Position numbers and translations under genes: made by a program. This document shows positions 12,600 to 26,529 of a stretch of 64,000 nt of DNA, piece by piece. This DNA is from Geosiphon pyriformis uo1 (lineage: Eukaryota > Fungi > Glomeromycota), in assembly GCA_016748015.1 (NCBI GenBank), contig JAAOMT010000040.1:62001-126000 (forward strand), in the 5' to 3' direction. The notes beneath the pieces were generated by a model. It saw nothing but the letters and a program-made list of their open reading frames with translations, searched no databases and was not told the origin of the DNA. How positions within the stretch are numbered: the first letter of the stretch is position 1; each line of letters starts with the position of its first letter.

Positions 12600-13725
12600 A
12601 TGTACCTTGACGGGTACACATTAGAAGTATTGGTAAACAACCGGCCATTGCAAGAATATCACGAACCAGTTGGCACAAATCCTGTACGTATTTTGATAAT
12701 TTGGTTGAGCTGTTTTTCGATATTCAAGACGACAATGGTATCCTGGTGGGATATCTGATGTTTTTAGTGTGGATTTTGCCATAATAAAGACAACCACCGG
12801 AACTTCTTACGCCCTTGTTGGTCCGAGTTTGATAAAACATGAATGGTAATAAACTGTTTTATTTATCGTATTATTCTTTGATAGTAAACTATTATTTTCA
12901 ATACATACAATTAGCCCTGAAGATATTTATGTGGCGGTACCCGAAGTAGGAGCGCGATTTTCTGTTAGATTTTCCACAAGAATGGCTTCTTGTTCAACTC
13001 CAATCATGGGAGAAATTTTCCTTGATGGAAAAAACGACTATACCAACACAAACATAAGCGATCCAATAATCCCAGCTATTCGTGACGGATTTTGGAATGA
13101 AAGTCGTGACAAAATGGCTTACTTCAAATTCTCAAGATCAATGTGGAGTAACCCGAAGCCTCACAATAATGCCTCAAATAAAAACAAAGACCCAAAAGAA
13201 AATAGAGGTGGACTCGGAGCTGTATCATTATATTTTTATCGTGGCAAATATCAAATTCAAAGTGTGGTTTCCAAAAAATTTTCTTTGGAACAGACCGCGG
13301 TTCCTGAACATAAAAGCAACAAAGGAATCGAGATCTCAATTTCATTCGACCCTGAACCCGCTGAAGCTCCTCCAAATCTCAAAAATAAGGTGGCCACCAT
13401 GGCCAGAATGGAAAATGAACCAATCGCAGTGCTGCATATTCATTATCGCCCGATACCCTGGATGATTGTTCATGGCCTAATTACCTCCAATCGCATTCCA
13501 AGAAATCTTCTGAGGAGGTTTGATGTTGCTTCTGAACAACATGCCGTACAAAAGTATATTCCCTCTACCTTAAACCCTGTAAAACAAGAAGTGATTAATC
13601 AAGAAATTGAAGTTATTGATTTGACAAGTATGAGTCACAAGAGGAAGTTAAATTTAGAGATAATTGAAATCTTGAGTTCAGATGACGAAGGTCCTCCTCA
13701 AAAAATCGTAAAGACTGAACAATAA
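12600..13725 (+). CDS. Uncharacterised fungal protein with a beta-rich N-terminal domain and C-terminal SIM-like motifs
   Basis: Exons 12600-12683 (MYLDGYTLEVLVNNRPLQEYHEPVGTNP), 12790-12845 and 12915-13725 join in frame via GT-AG. Normal GC and CpG content. Tail carries IEVIDLT, HKRK and IIEILSSDDE. Confidence 0.8.
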
Positions 13726-14429
13726 ATGAGTGGTTGAGTCGAAAAGACAGGCTTTTTAGAGGCATTTTAGGAATCTTCTGATGTTAACTCTCTTTCATCC
13801 TTGTTAATATTTCGTGCGGCATATCTCCTTTTTAATCCTATATGTTCTTATATCAATTTTGAAGTTGAAAATTTTAAATATATTGAAAATGGTTTTACAA
13901 TGTGGTTTTAAATGAATTGTAATATTGATTAATAAGCTTTGGCTGATTTTCGAACATTCCACAATAAAATGCACATTTCATATTATTAAAATTAATTTTG
14001 CTTTTTGACATTTTATAATATTAAAAAAAAGTTTAACAAATATTTTATTGTTAGTGCTTTATTTTGTTTAAAAAACACTTATTAATAATAAAAAATATTA
14101 TATAATTGGCTTAAAACAAATTTATTATTACAAAGTAAGAGTTTTGTTAACAAAATTTTGGCTAAGAATAAGATAAAACAAGATTAAAAATAAAAATTTA
14201 TTTTATGTATTTTTGTTTAAAAACAGGTTTTTGGTGAATTAATAAGCTATTTTAAAAAAAATCAAGTATTTAAGTTTAATAATAACTATAAATTTTAAGT
14301 TTTATAAAATGGTTTTAAAATTAATTAAAAAAAATTATGTATTAATTTATAAAATTTCAAGTTTATTGTTATGTACTATTTTTTCAAAAATTTATTATAA
14401 ATAAAACAGTTTATTTTAGTTTTTGTTTT

Positions 14430-17400
14430 TTTATTATTATTAAATGTTTAACAAGTAAAGTTTAACTACTATCTAATACATAAAACCAAACTAAGTGGCT
14501 CAAACTAAATGTAACTTATGCTTTTACTATATGTAATCAACCATTTAAGCCAGATAAGATAACATTAAACATTTATATTAATATATGTATCTTCATTCAA
14601 ATCAAAAAAAAAGACCATTGTTTGCATTTACTAAAACTAACTGCAAAAAACTCTACTAAACTAAGTAATTAAACCATTTTATCTAACAACATAAAGACAA
14701 ACTTGAAATTATACTACTATTCTTAACTAATCCAGTTTTTTCTATGTTTTATTCTATGTTTTGATTTTACAAACCATATTTTAGTCTAATATAATTTTAC
14801 CAAATATTCTACATACTTAATAAGAACAAAAGCTGTTTTTACTTTTTTATTAAAAATTATGACAGCTTTAGCATACTAGTCTTTTAGCATAAATTTTTTA
14901 CAAATTGTTATATACAAATTTACATTTAATAAACATTAAAAAAGCATTTACAAAACAGCAGAGAAAAACAAACAGCAAATATTTATTAATAATATTTATT
15001 TCTTAGAAGCTTCTACCAAAATTTTCTCCTAAATACTACTATTTTTAGCATAAACAAAAACATAATTAAATAATTTTATCTTATTACATAGCAAATACAG
15101 CATATTAAAATATATTTTATTATACAATTTCTTTTTAATTACTATTAATAATTATTTGTATACAATCTCTATTAAGTATATATACTAGTTCATAAACTTT
15201 TTACTAGTAAACCCAAAAAACATATGTGAATCAGAATGCCAGACTCTTATGATAGCTATTTAATCCATCTCTTTAATCAGTACACTCAAAATTATATTAT
15301 AACTAAAGCTAATTTTCTATTAAACATAACAAATAAATCTATATAAATTACAAACAAAATAACAAGTATTACCAAACACAATCATATTTTTAGTTATCAT
15401 AAAACATTTCTAAATTCCAATTGGCAAAGAAAAAGAAGAATAAACAGTTTTATTTACTATTATATCAGTTTGAACATTGTCCAAAATACTTAAATAATCT
15501 TTGACTTTTACCTATATAACAAAAAATTTATTATTCCTAATCAAATTAACAATATGTTTTTTTTTTATTCAGCACTGATTATAAAAGTTTGAAGCAACAG
15601 GCAAAACTTCAAAAATACACACATTAATAGCAAATTAGCTGTTCAGATGTAAAACCACTACATAAAAAAACAGAACATATTTCAAAAACAGTATAATAAC
15701 ATATAACTCAATCATTATAGAAGACAGAAGCTTATGTATTTTAACACCAACATATGTATTTACAGCTGAAAAGTAGGCAGTCACTTTACTAGTAACTCTA
15801 GCAAAACTAACACATTTTAAGAAACTGTTTATATAAACTTTAATAAAATTAGACCAAATTTTAAGCAAGCTTCTCTATACATCAAAGAACTCTTTAGATT
15901 TTAAAATATTAAAACCAAATAACCCATCAGCATTTGCAAAATCAATCATTAAAGAACTCTTATCAATCAAAAATTCAGACATTAACTTAAACCAATAAGG
16001 CACAGAACCCTTTGGATCCAATTTTTTCTATCAATAAAATATTTTTCAATTTAATACATTTTCTTTTTTGTCTAAAAGTCTATTACTAAAAACAATTTTT
16101 AACTGCTTTAAAGAAAAAACAGAGCTATAATATAGGAATTTTCTCAAAATGTTTGATATTGAAAATTTATCAAAATTACAAAACATATTGGACAAATTGT
16201 TTACCAAAGATAGATTATTGTCCAAAAAAATCTTTATTACTTTAACCAAAAAATTGTTTACTGGATTAATATACAACTTAACAAAAAACTACAAAGAGTT
16301 TAAAAAAGACTATTCCAAAATCTACAAATCCAAGAACTTATGTTCAAACAAATGCCCAATACATTAAAAAAAACAATCAATTAAGCCATTTTTTTTTAGA
16401 TTATACTTGTTTAAAAAGCTTTAAACTATACAAAAATAAATAATACAAAGTTTCACTAGAAAAATCACACACCAAACTGGCCTTGGCCTTAAAATTTCTT
16501 CTAATTATTACATCTTATTTATAATACATACTTAGTAAAACAAAACAAAACTGTAACTGATAGCTAATTATAGATTCCAAAACAGCTAAAAATAAATAAA
16601 AAAATTGTTTATCTATAATTGTTTTTTTCAATATCACATTAAAAAAAATCTAACATTAGTATAAACTTAAATCAAACTAAGCTTAAAAAGATTTTTAGTT
16701 AACAAAAAAATCTTAAGTACTTGTGTAATTTATTTTTTTTGGCAATTGAAATTGGCAAATTACTAATTATTAATAAAGCATTCTTAATATTTTGATTGAT
16801 AAAAATAGCCACTGTTTTTTTATTATTAATTAAGATATTATTAACATTAAAAAATTTACTAATAATATTTAAAATATATTTTATAAAAGCTTGGCTATTT
16901 CTAATTCAGATTGTGTTATCAACAAAGACATTAACAGCAAAAAATAATGTTTTTCTCCAACAGTCTTAATTTTGTCAGTTTTGGTCACAAATTTTATATT
17001 AATTTAGTATTTATATAAGTGCTTATATTTTTTGACTTTATACAAAAGTAAATCATAGAAAATTTTTCAAAAAAAAGAAGAGAAAACATTACTTTGATTT
17101 AATTTATCATGTATTTTGTAACTATTTAAAAGCCCAAAGTCAGTTATTACTCTATTGATTCAATTTTTATGTATATTGCCAAAAAACTTAATAAACTGAC
17201 TACATATTTTGATGTGCTACAAGTTAGCTCTCAGATAATATTATCTTACTGAATTATAAGCCTTGATAAAACCAACCAAAGTTTTTTATTTTTCTTTAGA
17301 ACATCTTTAACAACCAATCTAATAACAAAAATATGAGATTAAGTTGAAGTACTTTTTAATACCAAAAAGTTATTACTATAAAAAACATTAAATTTGCTAC

Positions 17401-20400
17401 ATACTAAGAATATCTGATTAGAAAAAATCTTTAACAGAATCTTTCTAGCTGTTTTAATCAGTACAATAGATTAGGTATTTGTTAAAATGTTATTTCATTC
17501 ATAAAATTTGGAAATTATTAAAATTTATGCTTTCTTCTAAGAAACTAGAACTATACTTAAAGTTAAACACAAATTTAATAATTTCAAAAAACAATTTAAC
17601 ATTTTATTACTACAACATTTCTACAGTTCATTTAGAATTCTTGACAACTTAGTGGTCTTACTATTCAGTAAATTATTAATTACCAAAGCTAGCTTTTTTA
17701 TTACACCAAAAAAAACATTATAATCAATATAATCTAAAAGCATATATTAACAGAACTAAAATTCAGGCATTTTCAGGAATATTAAGCACTTTTTTATCTA
17801 TTCTTCTATGATTTGATCAATTTACTTTTTTAGGCTCTACAACCAATTCATTTTCAACCATTAAATAATTCAAAACAACTTTACAAAAAGACTATTTTAG
17901 AATATTTTTTATTATTTGCTTTTTGTTAGAACAGAAATTTTTCATACATTATTCAATTGCTTTCTAAATAGCCATATTTTTAGATGTTTTTAATTCATAA
18001 TACTTGAATTTTTGATATCTTTTCTTAACTATTAACAAATGTTTAATAATTTCTGTTGATCTCATATTATCTTAAATTATATTGACAACTATAGATATTT
18101 TAACACCATCAACAGTTAACCAAACTTTGACAAAATAATCAAATTTTGACAGATTTTTAAAATTCCATTTTTTTACAATCTTAACAATAAACAGTTTCAA
18201 CCTAAAAAATTTTGATAATTGTTTGTTTTTCAAGCAATTATACTTACTATACCAATGTTTAAAAAACACCATATTAACAAATTATATTATAACTTCTTTT
18301 AATGTTTTCCATATTGTATCTAAATTACCATAATACTCTGTTTTCTTAAACATATCTAATACTACCAGCAACTTATTAAAAAAATACTTTTTAAATTGCA
18401 TCCATTTAGCCTACTTGTATCTTTTATCTTAAATTTTTATTGGTTTTTATTAGCTTGCTTACAAATATTATTAAGATAAATATTTAGAAGACTACTCAAA
18501 TCAATTAAGACTAAAATTGTTTTGTAATTCATATCAAAAATTTTTAACACAATATTAATCTTATAGTTTGTGACTGCAAATACCAGGTTTTTATTTACAA
18601 ATATAAAATTTAACACTTTTTTAACACTCCTAAAATTGCTCCAAGTAAAAACTTTGGTTAATAAATATTTATTGAATGTATTAACCAAACTCAGATTCAA
18701 ACAAAACTTAAAACTCATACTTTTTTTCACTCTATTTTTATTGAAATCTCTATCCAAGACCACAAAAGTGCTGAAATTAACTGTCTTAACAATGAAAAAA
18801 TTAATTTTTAATGTCTGTTTAAATCTAACTTCAAAAGAAACACTAGGATACAATTCTAAGATTGTTATTGAAAGTTTATTTTTAAACAAAAGACAAACTG
18901 AAATAATTCTGTCTGAAATTTCATTAACTTTTAAGACATGTCAAACCAAAGAATTGTTCATAATTATAGTCATTCCAATACTAAGAAAATTTTTATCCAA
19001 ACCAGATGTAAAAATTTATATTCTTTTAAACTTATTCATTATTTAAGGCTTAATATTAGGCTTTAATTTAGTTTTTGTGATAATAGAAATCATATTACTT
19101 AAATTAACATATTATTAAACAATATTTGCCTATTTAGCAAGAATATTAATACTCTTAATATTGCATATAGCAATCTTTTATACAAGATCAGTCATCAAAA
19201 AGAAGAAATGTTTAAACCAAGATTAATATTGTCTATCTTGGCTATAAAACCCAAAACTGTATCTAAAAAATTTTGTAAACTGTTTTTTAACTTAAAAATT
19301 ACTAACAAATTCAAAAATACTGCTTTTATAACAGTCTTATTATTAATAAATATACTTGAATTCTTATTTATTATTATATCTGTCTCTTAATTCTATAATG
19401 AAAAAATTACCAATAACTAATATTTAGAACTAAACTGAAAAACTATTGGCCCAAATGCATCCAATTTCTTAGCCAGCTTTTTGACTTATTCTACAAGATT
19501 AATGAGACTATATTCAAGAGTAGCAAACCTATTATTCACTTTTAAAAAAACCAGTAAAAGAGATTTAACATCCAAAAATAAACCAATACTAGAAAAAACC
19601 AAAAACACTACATAAAAAGTAAAATTATCAGCAATTTGAGCCTAAGTTTTCTTGTCAAATAAAACTGGATAAACAATTAGTGTCTGTTTTTTTTATATAT
19701 ATTTGCCAAATAAATTTTATACTAAAAATTGACTACTTATTTATTGTGACTACTTGGATTCTTATTTATTAAACACACACCAAAAACATGACCAAATTGT
19801 TTGTACTAAACACAACTGGCCAAAAAAAAATCAGTTCAACACAAATTCACACTCTTAAAAACTAAAATAAAACCAATAACAGTTTTTTTTGATGTTTTAT
19901 TAGCAAAACAAATTATAACACATCTGTTATGTATATATAAAATTAGATTACAGTCAATAAAACAAGTTTTTCTATCATATAATTTTAACAAACCAAAAAG
20001 ATCATAAACAATAATACCAATTGGCAAAGTATACAACAGTGTCCAATATTAATTTTTAAATACTTATATTTGTTTATTATTAACAGCTTTTGTCACATGA
20101 ACAAAGTTTTTTTTCATGAAAACAGACTATTTAACTGTGTTTAAATTGGTAATATTAGTTAACTTAAACTCCACCAAAACTTTTTGCCAAAAACTAATAA
20201 GTTGTATCTTAATTGATACAATCTTATTAAATTTAGAAAAAACTAATTCTATAGCTAATTTTGAAAGATTAACAGAAATCTTTTTAATAATTACTTCTCA
20301 ATTTGTGTGACTGTTTATTTTTTTATATTATTATTAATTAAGATTTTTTTACAAATAACTATTTTCTTAGTCTTATTCAAGCTAAATTCAGAAGTAAAAA

Positions 20401-21200
20401 ATGATCTAATAATATATGGAAATTTTAAGGAAGTTGACCTTTTCTAAAACCATCAACATAATAAAAAAATTTTTTATATTTAATAACTTATCACCAGCAG
20501 TTTTTCTAGGCACAGCAGAAAACTTAATATCCAACACAAAAAATTTTACTAAATTAAAACTTTGTTTTTCCAAAACACATAATTCTATCAATAGAAATTG
20601 TCTAGAATCATTGAATTTAGGTAGTAAAAGCATTAAAATATTATTGTTATTGCTTAAATTCACAAATAATAGACTTTTGGGAGTTGACTCAAAATGTAAG
20701 TTCAAGTACAAGTTTTTTGTAGTATTGTATCATTTATATTCTTATTAATTATCAAAGCATTTAAATTTGTATAGCTAGTCTTCTTAACAACTATGTTTTT
20801 TATGTTTTTTATATCTAACAAACCACTAATATTACTAGCTTTACTGTCAACTTTGCTTTTTTAAAACACCAGAGGCTTCTTACTTGATTTACCAATATCT
20901 TTAAGTTTTAAAAATTTAACAAACAAGTTAATTATACCAACACTAATATTAGACTTCTTTGGCTTTTTGTAAGATACATTATTAAAATAAACATTCTTTA
21001 TACATTTTTTTTGGTATTTGAACAGGTCTTCAAACCAGTTGAATCTGAATTAGAACTACTAGTAAAAAAGTCTATTAGTTTTATTGCAATAAAATAAGTA
21101 TATTAAAAGAAATAACTAAAAAAAAAAAAAAGAGAAAAAAAAAAGCTATTTTTTTGATAGTTTTATGTTCTTGTTATGACCAGAAAATTAACAAAAAAAA
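14430..21200 (-). mobile_element. Full-length but heavily AT-decayed LINE (ORF1 + ORF2)
   Basis: Family 3' UTR at ~14447-14567, RT motif decayed to AVNVFVDNTI (~16910-16940), ATGA junction at 19195-19192, ORF1 remnants to ~21100. ORF2 span of ~4.6 kb matches the better-preserved copies. Confidence 0.85.
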
Positions 21201-21499
21201 GTTTTTTTATTTATTGTTTTTGTTTTATGTAAAAAAACTTTGTTTTTTATTAAGCTTAAAAGTTTTTAACATAAGTAATTACAATTTATTATTTGTTTTA
21301 AAGTATTAAAAAATATGAATTTTTTGTTAAAAAGTTTTTTTGTAATAATTTAAGTTTGTTTTTATTAAAAATATTTTATTTTTATTTTATTTTTTTAATA
21401 TTAATAAAGTAAAATTTTAAAATTTTAAAAGAATTACTTATATGTTTTTTATATATAATTAGTTATTTAAACTAATTAAAACTAAATTAAATTATAATT

Positions 21500-22200
21500 A
21501 TAAAGAAAAATTTATTTTAAACAAATATTTTATATATAAAACAACCAAAATATGGCTATTATTAATTATTTTACTTAATTATATGGCAGTATTATTTGTA
21601 TTATTTTTAATCTTAAAAAATTAAAGCTTTTAAAAAGCCAATATTTTTTTAAAATTTTATTAAAAATCAAATTATTATAAAAACATATGTTATTATTATT
21701 ATTAATATTATATTTAATCTGATATTTATTATATTTAATACACAATTCACTTATTTTATTATTAAACAAAACCATCTTTTTTTTGAATTTTAACACATTT
21801 TTTATTTAATTTAAAGATATATTAATTAACTTAATAATCAAAAAAACTAAAATATTAATAAACTTAATAATAAATCTAATTAATAAAACTAATATAATTA
21901 ACTTAAATTTTAAAGAAGCCAAATAAAAACCAATTATAAAATTAACAGCAGTAATAACAAAAATTACTAAAAATACAACAATAAAAAAACCAATATAACA
22001 AAAATTCTAACATAAAACTTAATATTAATAATTTAAAAATTAAAAATCTTAAAATTATTAACAAACTTAAATAAAAATTTATAAAAAAAATTGAAAAAAC
22101 TTATAATTTACAGCCAAATAATTAAAATTTTAGTATTTAATATTTAAAATTTTTTTACTAATATTATTAATAAAAAATTAACTTATTAATTAATAATTTA
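21500..22200 (-). mobile_element. Decayed LINE ORF1 relic, same subfamily as 1-1950
   Basis: 21-nt identity with 436-456 and collinear similarity of flanking translations. Confidence 0.5.
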
Positions 22201-22494
22201 ATTTTTTTATTATTAAAACATTTTATTGAGTAAAGTTCAATCACTATTTAATATATAGAATTAGACTAAATAAATAATTTAATTTATATAATATAAAAAT
22301 ATAATTAAATATAATAATTAGATTATATAATATTTTAAATTATATAATATTAAAAAATTTGTTAAAATATTTAATAATTTGTAATTAACTAAAATATATA
22401 TTTAGTTTACTAAAATATTAAAAAAAAATATTTAAGATTATAAAATAGCATTATAATAAGTTATATAAAAAAAAACTTTATTTTTTAAAATTTT

Positions 22495-25400
22495 TATTAT
22501 TATTATTATTATTATTTAACAAGTAAGATCCAAATGCTACCTAGCATTATATATCATACAAATGATCTAAACTAGGTGTGAATCATGTACTTTCTACACG
22601 TAACCAGCCATTCGGGCCAGTCAAGATAACACTACACACCTATATGCACAGAGACTGTGTTCTTAATACCCGAAAAGAACAAACAAAGCTTACAAAACCC
22701 AAAACTAATCCCAAAAGCTTCAGCCACACCCAACAACTTAATCACACCAGCCGAAAACACCGAAAACAAACCAGAAATTGATGCAAGAATGGACCCATTA
22801 CGTAGAATCAAACCATGCCTCTCCATAAATGCCTGGTGTTTGGCACGGACTAACCAAATATCATCCCAAAATGCAAGACAAAACTTATGCACAAAGCTCA
22901 CAATCCTTTTAGTACCTTTCTTAGAATCTTTAAAAACCAAGACAAACTCATGAAACCAGTCATCGAAAACAAATCCTTTACACAGAGCAACACCAATTTC
23001 AATCTCAGAAGTACAAGAAGCCAACATCTACAAGACACATGAAGAAGAGTGAGATAGACCAGAAAGAGCCTCCCAAGTTAAAGCATGAGCATCCAACAAA
23101 CAAGCACAATCAGCGGCATCATGAAGACACAAAAAGACATGATCCGAGATTTCAACATCACTACAGAATAGACAGACCACACTGGAGTATCTCCTATCAT
23201 ATAAGCGCTTGCGCACAGCAACAGAAAGCCGAAAATGAAGAGTCTTCATAAAGTAAGTACAACAGCTTGCCATACATATACTGGTGAAACTGAAGGCCAA
23301 GTGAAAATTAGTGTGCCACACCAAAGAAGACTTAAACCAATTGATATCAGCATACAAACTAGCAGCCACAACGTGAGAACCAATTCCAACCTCCCAACAA
23401 GCATGATTAACTGATCGGAAAACATCATAAACAAAGTGTCTAGAATTACCAGAAACTGCCATATCACCAGCACACAGAAACCATTCACTGACTAAATGAG
23501 GCAGACGCCAAGCAGATAGAGCAGTGTTTTTGGCAAGTGCATCAGCATGCTCATTGCCTGAGACATCTGAATGACCTTTTACCTTAACCCAATTCACATC
23601 CAAATTTTTTTGACAAATGATGGTAGCAATGTGGCGACACTCGATCCAACAGCGGTTCCTGAAATCCGAATAAATCAACAAAGACTCTGACCCACATACA
23701 TCCAAAGTGACTTGGCTATCCAAAAACAAGTCAATTGAATGAGAGAAAAAAACACACTCAAGGGCCAAAGTTATGGCTTGCAGCTCCGTTATAGTAGAAG
23801 AAACCAAATCAGACACCCCAACACCCAAACCCAAGTTAATGTCCTCAAAAAAAATGGCAGCACCTGTTTTCACATCAATAGTACCCAGACCAGACAGAGA
23901 CCCATCCGTATATACAGAAAAGCGGACAGCATTAATGGTCTGCAGAGTGTTACAAACTACACCAAAATCATAAGAAAAACAAACATCTAACACAGCATAA
24001 CCATTCAATGAAGAAGAACTTGAGGAGAGGGGAACAACACCACCAAGAAAGCAAACAGAGAGATCAAACCAGAAAGGGATTGGGCCACGAGGGTCCAGCC
24101 TTTTCCAACGCTTAAAAGTCCCCCAGCTGAAAACATTACCATCTCTGCCACAAAGCTGTTTCATGAAAGCAATTCCATAACGCCTGAGCGAAGAAACACA
24201 CTTGAAAAAACAGGGTTCACCAAGAACCAAGAACATAGATGTACTGTACCAACAGCGAAAAGCACAAGTCAGAGAGCCACCCAAAGACAAATCATACCCA
24301 GAAAAAATATGAACCACACCAGCCAGAAAATTGTTTGAGAGATTGACACCAATACGAGATGGAAATAGCAAAAGATGACATGGGCACCAGCTGAGAACTT
24401 GAAGGTCATGAGATCTATGAAAAAAAAGCTGACCCAAAATACCAGCAGAATTTGCAAAAGTAATAGCGGATGCCAATTTACTTTCAGTCTGAATTTGCTC
24501 AAAAGCCTTTAGACCATATAATGAGGAATGGTGCAGTGCATCGTTGGGGAAATCATGGGGCAACCCAGACTTAGATTTAAAAATCTTGCATACCAGAGCA
24601 TCCCATTTGTTACAAACACCCACAGAAATGAAACTGAACTGAGTCCTATAGCAGATGATAGGAAAAAGAACTGCAGACACCAAATACGCACATTGTTTAT
24701 CAGAAACCGTCTTCCTCAAAACCAAATTCACAAAAAACCTCACATCCGCCTGGGCTTTAGCTAAACTGGGCTTTGAAAGACCCTCAGAAGATAAAAAAAT
24801 GCCTAGATAGTGATGAGATTCCCCTTTCTTGGCAATAAAAATAGGCACACCACTGATAGTTAAATAAGGGTCTGATACCCGGCAATTGATAGGGATGGCC
24901 ACCATTTTGTCATTATTTACAGAAATATTGTTAAACCTAAAAAACTTACGAGCAACATCAAGGATGCATTGTGTAGCAGCTTGGCTGCTACCAACCCAAA
25001 TAATATCATTGACAAAAGTGCCGGCAGCAAAAAATGAAGACAGCCCATCCCGAGGATCCGCCCGGCCAGTTTTGGATATAAAATAAGAATTCAACCTGTA
25101 GCCATACACACTATCCTGTCTTTTGACTTCACACAAGAGTGAATTATAGAATATACACCAGAGAAGAGGAGAGAAAACTTTTCCTTGGTCCAGTTCATTA
25201 TGAACACAATACCCATCAGTCAAGCCGAAGTCAGTCATCACTCTGTTAACGCGCCCATTGTGAATGCTACCAAAAAATCTAATAAACTTATCACACATCT
25301 TAATCCTGACCAGATTCCTCCTAAGATGTTCCCAACCAATTGAGTCATAAGCCTTACGCATGTTCTATAAAACCAACCAGAGTTCTTGGTTTTTCTCCAA

Positions 25401-26446
25401 AGCATCTTCAATCACTGAATCTACAGCAAAAATAGGAGACTGCGTAGATGTACCCCTTAAAACTGAAAAATTGTCCCCATGAAGAACATTAAAAGTGCTG
25501 TAAGCTGAAGAAATCTTATTCGAAAGGATTTTGGAAAGAATCTTGTAGACCATTTCAATCAGAACAATAGGATGAGTGTTCGTAAGAACTTCTTCTCATT
25601 CATATGGTTTAGGAATCATAAAAACCCAAACTTCTCTTCAAGATCCAGGAATAGACTCACTAACTAAACATAGATTCAAAAGCACCAGAAGCATATCCAA
25701 AACTGATTTGTCACAATGCTTCCACAATTCGTTAGAGATACCAGAGAGACCAGCCGCCTTTCCATCAAGAAGATCCTTGATGACTGCCAACATCTCATTA
25801 AAACTAATCAGACACATGACACCTGAGAAAGCACCATCAAAAACATGCTCCAGAGGCCGATATTGGCAAACCCAATCCCCAGAGATGTCAGAAACCACCC
25901 TATGCTTCCTGGTCCACCCCTCCATGATTTTATCCACCTTCGATTTAACAAAGTCAGGCTCCAAAACCAACTCATCTCCCACAACCAAATGATCTAAAAC
26001 TACCTTGCGAAAGAGACGCTCCAAAACACTCCTAATAGTGTGACTTTTGTCTAGTTCAAAACTTTCCATCCTTTTATTAATAGCCTGTTTGATCGAAGAT
26101 TCTTCAGTGCATTTGAATTCTAACAACTTAGAAGCACAGTACAACTTCCTCACTTTGGCCAGCGCAGAACGAATGGGATCAAAACCAGAACCTGAAAGGA
26201 ACAGAGATTTCACCATCAATGCACTAGAGGAATCAAGCTTATCTCATGTCTCCAACAACAAAGCAAAATCCCCACCAGAAACCAAGCAAGAATTCCTAAC
26301 CAGCTTAGACACCAGCAGCTCCAGTTTATGAAATCTAGACAAAACCTTATTAAAAACACCATCAAAACTCTTGAACCATTTTTTTTTGAAATTTCCATTC
26401 ACTGAAAGAACCATAATTTTTTGAACAACGTTTCACATTTCATCCA
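22495..26446 (-). mobile_element. 5'-truncated LINE (copy A): ORF2 RT + RNase H + CCHC, 3' UTR and (TAA)n tail
   Basis: In-frame ORFs 26219-22632: MRKAYDSIGW, QGKVFSPLLW, FVNDII (RT), HYLGI, VYTDGS...ELQAI...WVKVKGHSDVSGNEHADAL (RNase H), CLFCSDVEISDHVFLC. In-frame stops only. Confidence 0.95.
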
Positions 26447-26529
26447 TTAAAAAATATTTTTGTCTTAGATTTAAAATAATAATTAATTAATTATTATAAA
26501 TTAACAAAATAAATCTTTATTTGAAAAAA

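Noticed and set aside
22632-26219. Group II intron, retron or LTR-type reverse transcriptase
   Set aside because: APE and ORF1 in sister copies, 5' truncations, simple-repeat tails and variable-length target-site duplications indicate non-LTR elements. No LTRs or integrase seen.
22470-26470. Target-site duplication for copy A (and for copy E at 61.0-61.3 kb)
   Set aside because: Flanks are low-complexity and I could not identify an unambiguous duplication.
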